DNA of 64,000 nt, taken from positions 18,053 to 82,052 of the forward strand of contig JAHQWJ010000141.1 of the NCBI GenBank assembly GCA_029856125.1, read 5' to 3'. Each line of letters starts with the position of its first letter. Position 1 is the stretch's first letter. The stretch comes from Promethearchaeia archaeon (lineage in GTDB: Archaea > Asgardarchaeota > Lokiarchaeia > Sigyniarchaeales > SOKP01). The notes beneath the pieces are model-generated. The model saw only the letters and a list, made by a program, of their open reading frames with translations, ran no database searches and was not told the origin of the DNA. Below, piece by piece: positions 28,799 through 36,802 of this stretch. Both the position numbers and the translations under genes were made by a program.

Positions 28799-28958
28799 GG
28801 CCCGGTTCGTATAGTGGTTAGTGGTAAGATTTTAATCTATCCAACTAATATTGGGTACAAACTTAGTATTTCTTACTAAATTCTCCTATGTGAATCCCTA
28901 GAAGTGTAAGAATATTCTTATGGCTGGGGAAAGGCGAGTTCAATTCTCGCATCGGGCC
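28799..28958 (+). tRNA. tRNA-His(GUG) with three BHB introns: 22/23 (28822-28848), 32/33 (28859-28888), 45/46 (28902-28931)
   Basis: Spliced cloverleaf: G-1:C73, acceptor GCCCGGT/ATCGGGC, D stem GTAT/GTAT, anticodon GTG at 28890-28892, T arm GCGAG-TTCAATT-CTCGC. Each intron forms a 4-bp helix with two 3-nt bulges. T28856 mismatches C40. Confidence 0.9.
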
Positions 28959-29081
28959 CTCTTATATTTCATAAGTTCAATTTGTATGCCTTAGGGCGCC
29001 TTATTTTACAATATAAACAATAAATTAATATCTTTTAGTGAATTTTACTCTGCAATTAAAAATAGATTATAGGCTTAGACT

Positions 29082-29534
29082 ATGGTTGATTTAGATCCAG
29101 AGAAACTTAGAAACATACCAGGATGGGAAAATGCTCCAATTCATATATGTATGGGTGCTGATTGTCGAGGTCTAACTTTTTGTTGTAAACCAGGGTATTC
29201 TCTTACTTTTGGTTTTAAATGTAGTCGGGATGAAGCTTTAAACGATTTAGAACTAAGTCCAGAAGATTTTATTAAAATTAAAGAAGATTTTTCGAGAGCA
29301 AACGATTGGGACTCCGATCTCGTATGTTTTGGATCAATTTCGTATTGTTGCATGAGGAAAGGAGGATGTTCAAGGAGAGATCCTGCGCTACAAATGAGAT
29401 ACCCAGATAAAACCAGAGAAGAATTTATGAAAATATATTACGAAAAAAAGAAAGAGTTAGCTCAGATAATCTTAGAATTCGTAAACAACAACGGAAATAA
29501 AGAAAAAGTTGAGCCGTATTTAGATTTATTCTAA
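29082..29534 (+). CDS. Methanogenesis marker 9 domain protein (stand-alone)
   Basis: WENAP.HIC.G.D.RGL.FCC, CFGS..YCC, C..RD. Confidence 0.8.
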   Translation: MVDLDPEKLRNIPGWENAPIHICMGADCRGLTFCCKPGYSLTFGFKCSRDEALNDLELSPEDFIKIKEDFSRANDWDSDLVCFGSISYCCMRKGGCSRRDPALQMRYPDKTREEFMKIYYEKKKELAQIILEFVNNNGNKEKVEPYLDLF

Positions 29535-29595
29535 TATTATATTTCAAAAAACAGAAATACTCTTCTGCTTTAATTAATTTTAAGAGGGATTTAAC

Positions 29596-30552
29596 TTGAA
29601 AATGATTGTATCAATTACTCACGAACACGATCTCGATGGAATTGGCTCACAAGCAATAATTAAACGTCATCTTGATCTTTCGTCAGTAGTCCTAAAAAAG
29701 AAAGTAATCTATGAGTTTGCTACTTATGTCGATTTCGTTGAAAAAATTCGAGTAATTTTGGATACAGATAAAATTCCTTCAAAGTTAATAATCTCTGATA
29801 TAGGTTTTAATGACTCTTTTGAAGAATTATTTGCATATTTTGAGACTGCAATAACGCGAGGATGCAAAATATTGTGGTTCGATCATCACATCGTCGATGA
29901 TTTGATAAAAGAAAGATTGAGAAACTTAATTGATACATATGTAAATGACCCCGAAAGATGTGCGGCGGAAATAGTTAAAGATTTTTATTTACCGGGTGAT
30001 GACATTTCGAATAACATCGCTAAATTTGCCAGAGATACAGATTTCAGAACTGAATTATTCGAGGTAGCTTCAGATTTGCAATCAATTATAAGTTTTAATA
30101 GAGGAGCTCATAACGATCACAATAAACACAGAATAGTCAAATTATTATCCAAGGGTGATTTTGAAAATGAATGGTTTAGTTCCCAATTAGAATCCTTAAA
30201 ACAATGGCTCGAAGAGGAGTCAGTGTTTGCCTTAGAACACGCAATAACTATTTCTCTAGAATCATTTGGAGATGTCGTTATCTCTTGGGCTAAGTTAGGG
30301 GGGGGTAAAATTACGAAGGTAGTAAGGCAGAAATTTCCTCGTGCGAAAGCCTTTATCGGTATCGACTCAAGGCATAACGAGATTATAATTCACAGCAATT
30401 TCCTTAATTGTCGAGAGTTTGCTAAGGCATTTGAAGGAGGAGGTCATAAAGAAAGAGCAGGTTTTAAATACTCGCATATTTTCGATAATCCTAATGTACT
30501 ATCTCAATCTTTTATTAGAGACATAAAAAAGAGAATTAGTAAATTTAGCTAG
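29596..30552 (+). CDS. DHH/DHHA1 family phosphoesterase
   Basis: H..DLDG, SD, WFDHH, GGGHKERAG. Confidence 0.88.
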   Translation: MKMIVSITHEHDLDGIGSQAIIKRHLDLSSVVLKKKVIYEFATYVDFVEKIRVILDTDKIPSKLIISDIGFNDSFEELFAYFETAITRGCKILWFDHHIVDDLIKERLRNLIDTYVNDPERCAAEIVKDFYLPGDDISNNIAKFARDTDFRTELFEVASDLQSIISFNRGAHNDHNKHRIVKLLSKGDFENEWFSSQLESLKQWLEEESVFALEHAITISLESFGDVVISWAKLGGGKITKVVRQKFPRAKAFIGIDSRHNEIIIHSNFLNCREFAKAFEGGGHKERAGFKYSHIFDNPNVLSQSFIRDIKKRISKFS

Positions 30553-30610
30553 TAAATGTTAAACGTAATATTTAGAGCTAGTTTAAAGTAATATGATACG
30601 ATATACAAAA

Positions 30611-30636
30611 GTGCGTGAAATTGGCGTTTCACGAAC
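30611..30636. terminator. Hairpin between convergent genes (possible terminator)
   Basis: GTgCGTGAAA-ttggcg-TTTCACGaAC followed by a T-rich tract. Confidence 0.4.
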
Positions 30637-30684
30637 AAATATTTTTATTTTTTATTTTAAAGTAATTGAAAATGGAAAAAACCA

Positions 30685-31095
30685 CTAAAGATCAGAGCTA
30701 TACTTTTTTGCGAGATCCTGGGCCCAATTTTTTCCTCCCATAATGTCATCTACTGATTTTGTGAAATTAGTTTCTAAAACATCAAAAATATTATCCCAAA
30801 GTAATGATTTCGCCTTCTTACCACTCTTTTCATATTCGATTTTAAGTACTTTTCCTTCAGAGGTGTCTTCAATAATCTGAAATCTTCCTTTAAATTGCTT
30901 ACCTGAAGTAATTTCAAATATGTTAGATGCTATATCTTCAACAGTTGATTGTTTTCCAATAAATTTGAATAACATTTTCCCTCTTAAAGCATTAAGATAT
31001 GTCTCAACTGATTGTTTTGTAGTATCTTTGATAAAATCAAGCCCCCAATCTGGATGGCATTTTATAGTTTTTGGCATAATATTATTTAAACCCAT
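30685..31095 (-). CDS. Hypothetical protein; stand-alone homologue of the C-terminal domain of the upstream SIR2-TPR protein
   Basis: Shared CHP..W...IK...K..VE...N..R, I.SG...K..FQIIE and W pattern. Confidence 0.75.
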   Translation of the reverse strand: MGLNNIMPKTIKCHPDWGLDFIKDTTKQSVETYLNALRGKMLFKFIGKQSTVEDIASNIFEITSGKQFKGRFQIIEDTSEGKVLKIEYEKSGKKAKSLLWDNIFDVLETNFTKSVDDIMGGKNWAQDLAKKYSSDL

Positions 31096-31135
31096 ATGCT
31101 TTTAAAGATTTTCACATAATTGAGTATTTTATGAT

Positions 31136-33316
31136 TTATTTTGGTCCTGGTTTTGAGAGTCTTTTTCTAAATTCTTGAATCATACCTTCCCATATAACCC
31201 TAGCCGTTTCACTATGCTCTTCCCATTCAATTAGAATTTCTTTATTTTTATCTTTCTCTATAATTTGAAATGTTGCTTTATAAGAGGAACCAGATGATAT
31301 ACTCAATAAATTCGGCTCTAATTCATCACAAATGGTTTCAATTCTTTGCCAATTGAAATGATCTCTAAATCCATTAAAGAAGTTTTCGACAAAAATTTTG
31401 ATATAATTCTTTATATAAATAGTCTTCCATCTTTTAGGGTGGCAAATTATAACATCTTTTATTTTTCTAATTTCTTGGTATGATTCTGTTTCACTTTCCA
31501 TACCCTGTTTTACCGATTCTTGCTCACTATTCTTTCTGATGTATTTTAAAATTATATCTTTAGATTTTACATCTCCTATCTGTTCGGCTATTCTAAGTGC
31601 CTCATTGAATAGTTTTATGGCTTCTTGATAGTTTCCCTGAGATTGCCTTATTGTACCGATATTATGAAGACATAATAAATTCAAACTCTTATCTCCCAAT
31701 TGTTCAGATATCTTTAGTGCTTCTTCATGTCGTTTCAAGGCTTCTGAATAATTTCTTTGATTAGCATAAACTAGTCCACTATTGTTTAATATACTACTTT
31801 TAAAGCGTATATTACCTAATTGATCAGCAATCTTTAGCGCTTCTTCGTAATATTTCAAAGACTCAGAAAAACGCTCCTGTATTCGGTATATTGATCCAAC
31901 ATTATTAAGGTTTATTGCAGTTCCATTTAGGTTCCCATATTGTCTATGAATCTTAGCTGCTTCCTTATAAAGATTTATAGCTCCGGGGTAATCGTTTTTA
32001 CTTACATAAACATCACCCATATTATTATAAATACTAGATATTAGTTTTAAACCTACGTCCCCTCCTAAATCTACAGCAATCTTTTTTGCCTCTTCAAATT
32101 TTTTTAAAGCATCTGTATATTTTCTTTGTTTATTAAAAATTTGTCCAGTATTATTGAGGATGATTGCTTTCCACATAGTATCTCCTGTATCATCAGCAAC
32201 TTGCTTAAGCTTTTTGAGACACCTCAATGCATTATCATACATATCTTTATCGATATAAATTTTATAGGGTATCTGATATTTTATTATGTCATTTACTTCC
32301 GGATAGATGCTATTAAGATAATCTTTAGGTTGTAAGGAAAAATTTTCTGAACTTAAGTCCGGTTTAGAATCTATTAATCCTTCTGCCATTTTCTTTGTAT
32401 TTACATTTAAAAGGTATACATGATCCGCATTTTTCATTTGCCAAATTTCAAAAAGTATCTGAACAACTTTTCTTAAATTCAGGTCCAAATTGTTTAATGA
32501 TTGAGGTGTGTGGTCATCAATCTCAAATATTTGCTCTTTTCCTATTTCAATGTCGTGCGAATAATTTATCCAAATCACATTTTGTATTTGTTTTAAAATT
32601 TTTAAGGTAGGTACAATATCAAAATCGTCGCTTCCAGAATAACCTATAATAGCTAATGACCGTTCTTTTGTGATGTTCTCAAATAAAGGTTGTTTAAATG
32701 ATTCTAGCTGAAATACATTTTCTCCTTCTTTGTTTGACCCGAATGCTTGAATTGTAGCAATTAACGAATCTTTTGTGTCTTTTTGTGTAATTATATTCTT
32801 AGGCGAGCCATGTACTTTATAAACAGTTTTTTTTCCTTGATTTAATTGTTCATATGGGTCAGCAAATACTTCAAAATCCTCTTTGGTTATTACTGGAATA
32901 ATTTCCTCAATAGGAACTCCTGATTGATTTAATGCATATTCAATCAAATGATCAAAATTAGTAGTCATCACAAAATGCCCTTTTTTTATCATTTCAGCTA
33001 AGAAAAAATGCTGGATATTTGGTTTATCGCATATACCGTAGTAATCAATAAGCACAAGTTTTTCATCTAATGAGTCTCGAAAAATCTCAACTAGGGTTTC
33101 AAATCGCACTTCTCCCAATTTTATTAGCTCTAAAATACCTTCACTCTCTGATTTATCACATGCATGGTCAATAATGGCTTCCATCATCGCATAACCTGCG
33201 GGAAGGCAAGAGGGGCTATTAATAGAACATCCAGCACCTACTAGAAAAGTGAACTTCCCATTAGTATTAAAAATATCAGTTATCTTAAGATTTGTTAGCT
33301 CCATACTAATTCTCAA
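31136..33316 (-). CDS. SIR2-like NADase domain + TPR repeats + uncharacterised C-terminal domain
   Basis: FLVGAGCS, TTNFD, KVHGS, IGYSGSD; six or more TPRs of the LNN.G..Y......EAL...EEAL.I form. Confidence 0.88.
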   Translation of the reverse strand: MRISMELTNLKITDIFNTNGKFTFLVGAGCSINSPSCLPAGYAMMEAIIDHACDKSESEGILELIKLGEVRFETLVEIFRDSLDEKLVLIDYYGICDKPNIQHFFLAEMIKKGHFVMTTNFDHLIEYALNQSGVPIEEIIPVITKEDFEVFADPYEQLNQGKKTVYKVHGSPKNIITQKDTKDSLIATIQAFGSNKEGENVFQLESFKQPLFENITKERSLAIIGYSGSDDFDIVPTLKILKQIQNVIWINYSHDIEIGKEQIFEIDDHTPQSLNNLDLNLRKVVQILFEIWQMKNADHVYLLNVNTKKMAEGLIDSKPDLSSENFSLQPKDYLNSIYPEVNDIIKYQIPYKIYIDKDMYDNALRCLKKLKQVADDTGDTMWKAIILNNTGQIFNKQRKYTDALKKFEEAKKIAVDLGGDVGLKLISSIYNNMGDVYVSKNDYPGAINLYKEAAKIHRQYGNLNGTAINLNNVGSIYRIQERFSESLKYYEEALKIADQLGNIRFKSSILNNSGLVYANQRNYSEALKRHEEALKISEQLGDKSLNLLCLHNIGTIRQSQGNYQEAIKLFNEALRIAEQIGDVKSKDIILKYIRKNSEQESVKQGMESETESYQEIRKIKDVIICHPKRWKTIYIKNYIKIFVENFFNGFRDHFNWQRIETICDELEPNLLSISSGSSYKATFQIIEKDKNKEILIEWEEHSETARVIWEGMIQEFRKRLSKPGPK

Positions 33317-33427
33317 TATATGATATTTTTGACTAATTTTATATTTCCCGCATTTACCGGATCACATTTTTAGAATAACTGAAAAATTAGGATATAGCAA
33401 GATACATATATTAGCAATCTATCCATG

Positions 33428-33620
33428 ATAACCTTTTCAGGATCTATTTGTTAGATGCTATGTTAGAAGGAATATTTGATATTCAGATTTTTTAGTCTAT
33501 ATCAATAGATTTTCCTTTATCTTTAATCTTTTTCAACCTAACTTCTAGAATCCCATTAGTGTAGCGCGCTTTTGCGTAATCTTGATTAATTGCCGCTGGT
33601 AAATCGATTTCTTTAAAATA
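33428..33620 (-). repeat. Diverged direct repeat: Hsp20 3' fragment (33492-33620) plus downstream DNA; partner about 39017-39209
   Basis: Encodes YFKEIDLPAAINQDYAKARYTNGILEVRLKKIKDKGKSIDID* versus ...LPAEINQ...SIDIE* in the intact gene; homology extends into the 3' flank. Confidence 0.92.
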
Positions 33621-33991
33621 GACTAGAATGACACGACTCACAGAAAAAGCAATTTTAAAGCTAGTGCGTTAATTAACATAAAATCAAAAGGATGAGAATG
33701 ATATTATGTAAGAGGATTTATTTCATATATCAACTACATTATAGTTTTTGTTTTTATTGTAAAAAACATTAATTGAATTGAAGAGCTCTTCGTGTTTCAC
33801 GAAGACAAAATATAATTAAGCTACCCCAAAATTTGATCAACAATTAAACATGATGATAGAAACTTTCCTTCTAAAGGATATTCTCATTAAAAAAACAACA
33901 AACAATAAAAAAGAAATAAAAAAAATCATTACTCGATAAGTTAGAAAATAAGTTTTTGGTTGTAACCAAAACTTAGAAAAAATAAAATTAA

Positions 33992-34132
33992 TTATCTTCT
34001 ATGCTTTTTATAACAATCTCGACAATAAACAGGTCTGCCTTCCTTAGGCTCAAATGGAACTTCGCACTCGTTTCCGCAGTCGGCACATGTAGCTTTGTGC
34101 ATCGTTCTATCGCCATAATTTCTATTAGACAT
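33992..34132 (-). CDS. CxxC-x17-CxxC zinc-ribbon small protein (46 aa; absent from the ORF track)
   Basis: MSNRNYGDRTMHKATCADCGNECEVPFEPKEGRPVYCRDCYKKHRR*. Confidence 0.92.
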   Translation of the reverse strand: MSNRNYGDRTMHKATCADCGNECEVPFEPKEGRPVYCRDCYKKHRR

Positions 34133-34442
34133 TTACTTTCACCAAATTTTAATCTTATACTTGAAACTATAAATATCTCTGTTCAAGCATGTAATGTATA
34201 TTTTTAAAATTGATAAACCTTGGTATTATGAAAAATGCACTTCAAAATTCCGTCAGTAAATATCTTGGTTATTCTTAGTATAAGAGGGTTAAATTGAGGT
34301 ATTTTAAGAGAAAAAAGTGAATCGGTTAAAATTATAGGGAGATTGGGCTTTTTTCCTATGTGTTATATTATGTTTATTATACTTTCCTAGGTATAAATTT
34401 CTACTTATTTTTGCGAATATTCTAAATAAATTCTTGAAATGC

Positions 34443-35060
34443 TCACAGAAAAAGCAATTTTAAAGAATTGAAGAGCTCACCCATGTTTTTTTGTTCTCGT
34501 TTACATAATTGTCTTTCCTTTGGTGCTTGCCAATTTATTACATATTTTCTCCAATCAGAATCATTTAAAATTTTGGAATGAATTCCAAAAAATATAAGAA
34601 TTTCTTTATCATTTACATGACCATTTTCGTTTTCGACAATCAAGTGAGGGATTTCATGCAAATATGACCTTCCAGCAATCATATAAGAAAGTAGAGAATG
34701 GTGTCCGTCAAATAAGACCCATTCCGAATACTTTGTCTTTACAAATTTAATATTTGGTAATCCACATGAAGACAGGATTTCTTTTCCAGATTTTATTTGT
34801 TTAACCATAGTTCTTATCTGGTCTTTGCTTTTAATGCCATTAATATTATGCAGGTTTATAATTTCTCTCAATAACACTAGTTTTTTAACTTCTACAATCG
34901 TCTTTTTTATTTTTGAACCGATTTCATTTTTAAACTGATCTACAGTATCATAAATTGAATTGCTTTTATTTTTTAAATGAACTTTTAAGGATGAAATGCG
35001 AGTTAAATTTCCATCTTTAGACTTAACCGGATATATTAGTTTTACGAATCTATAATTCAT
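34443..35060 (-). CDS. ParB/Srx-like domain protein
   Basis: P.I...LFDGHHS motif. Confidence 0.6.
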   Translation of the reverse strand: MNYRFVKLIYPVKSKDGNLTRISSLKVHLKNKSNSIYDTVDQFKNEIGSKIKKTIVEVKKLVLLREIINLHNINGIKSKDQIRTMVKQIKSGKEILSSCGLPNIKFVKTKYSEWVLFDGHHSLLSYMIAGRSYLHEIPHLIVENENGHVNDKEILIFFGIHSKILNDSDWRKYVINWQAPKERQLCKREQKNMGELFNSLKLLFL

Positions 35061-35287
35061 CTGTATTAAAAATATTTAGATTAGTTTATAAAGCTTTTAT
35101 GAGTGTTTTAATTAAAAATTACGTCTTTCATTAATATTTGGTAAAAAGTTAATTTTATGATTCGATATAATTAGCTATTCTTTAATATATTATTAAGAAA
35201 CACCCTCTCCGTAATAATCAAGAATTTTATTTTCTATCCATGATTTAATAAGAGAATTTTTATAGGAAAGAGATTGTTAACCTAATC

Positions 35288-36502
35288 ATGGTAATAGTAC
35301 GAAGAGAAGGAGTCCTCCTAGAACCAACTGAGAACGAGTTTGAAAATCAAGCTGTCTTAAATCCTACGGTGATTCAACAAGGAGATACATTACATTTATT
35401 CTATCGCGCTGTTAAAGAAGGAAATTATTCAAGTATTGGTTATTGTAAATTGGAAGGACCTTTGAATATTGTAGAAAGGAAAAATAGTCCTATTTTGTTT
35501 CCTGAATATGATTATGAAATACATGGTACAGAAGATCCTAGAATTGTATTTCTTGAAGGTATCTACTATATGTTTTACACGGCCTATGATGGAAGAAATG
35601 CGTTAATAGCATACGCAACTAGTAAAGACCTAAAAACATGGGAAAAGCATGGAATAATTTCGGCTCAAATGAAATACGATGAAGCAGGGGATTTTTTCCG
35701 CTTATCAAAACTTAAAGAAAAGTATCATTTCTTTGTTTCATATTATAAGGATGTGGTTAGTGAAGATGTACTCTTATGGGAAAAAGATTCATTCATTTTA
35801 CCAAAAAAATATAATAATAAGTTTGCACTGTTCCATAGAGTATTACCAGATATTCAAATTGTTTGTTTCGATGATTTTAAAGATTTAACAACCGATTTCT
35901 GGAAGGATCATCTAAAAACATTAGGTGATCATGTTGTAATAGAGCCAAAATTTGGATATGAATCAAGAAATATCGGTGCCGGAGCACCATTAATAGAAAC
36001 TGAAAGAGGTTGGCTCATGTTATATCATTCTGTAGAGGATTCTAATAAAGGTAAGGTGTATCACGCAAGTGTCGCCCTCCTTGATAAACAAAATCCGTTT
36101 AAGGTAATAGGACGACTTAAAGAACCTCTTTTTTCGCCAACCGAAGATTATGAAAAAGTTGGAGATGTAAATAATGTTGTTTTCCCTACAGGTACTGCAA
36201 TATTTGGAGAAAGGCTTTATATTTATTATGGTGCCGCCGATAAAAGAATAGCCGTAGTATCGGTAAATCTGCATAAACTTATTCACGAACTCTTGGGGTC
36301 TGATTTAGAGGTTGGAATTGGTTTTTTAGCAGGGCAGATCTTTAATCTTACAATTAAAGAAGAAAAAAGCGTAACCCAACTTATGAATTTAATGGACCAA
36401 AAAGAGTATCTTATATTGATGGCAATTGGCTGGTTAACAAGGGAAGACAAGGTTCTGTGTAGAATTGATTCAGATGAATTAATCGTTAGATCTATAAGGT
36501 AA
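35288..36502 (+). CDS. GH130-family glycosidase/phosphorylase with a C-terminal DUF2582-like winged helix
   Basis: VLNP, YRA, EDPRI, YTAYDG, EKD, LFHR, GAGAP, VVFP.G, YYGAAD; tail IG..AG.I...MAIGWL.REDK. Confidence 0.85.
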   Translation: MVIVRREGVLLEPTENEFENQAVLNPTVIQQGDTLHLFYRAVKEGNYSSIGYCKLEGPLNIVERKNSPILFPEYDYEIHGTEDPRIVFLEGIYYMFYTAYDGRNALIAYATSKDLKTWEKHGIISAQMKYDEAGDFFRLSKLKEKYHFFVSYYKDVVSEDVLLWEKDSFILPKKYNNKFALFHRVLPDIQIVCFDDFKDLTTDFWKDHLKTLGDHVVIEPKFGYESRNIGAGAPLIETERGWLMLYHSVEDSNKGKVYHASVALLDKQNPFKVIGRLKEPLFSPTEDYEKVGDVNNVVFPTGTAIFGERLYIYYGAADKRIAVVSVNLHKLIHELLGSDLEVGIGFLAGQIFNLTIKEEKSVTQLMNLMDQKEYLILMAIGWLTREDKVLCRIDSDELIVRSIR

Positions 36503-36802
36503 CTATTAATAAAAAAATCATTTCAATTATCGAAGATCTTAAATTTTTTAATGTTTTTGTCTTTTTTTAAAATTAATTTATCGAATTTTATATTGTGGAA
36601 CTAATTTTCGGGGGTTTTAAAGATCAGACATTTAATGTCATTATAATCAAAAAAACTGAACCTTATCCAGTAAAATTAGGGATAAATAACATCTAAAAAT
36701 TTAAAAGTGGGAAGATTATAATATAATTACTTTATTTCTAATGAAAAAAAGCAAATCCTATTTTTTTTGCTAAATATATTCATTTTTAAAGAGAGTTTTA
36801 GA

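Noticed and set aside
26725-28858. Classical integrase-type attL/attR island at tRNA-His
   Set aside because: There is no integrase, and the two copies differ in intron position instead of being an exact att duplication. A decayed element cannot be fully excluded.
34001-34207. 68-aa + strand ORF from the track
   Set aside because: It is the antisense shadow of the CxxC-x17-CxxC gene.
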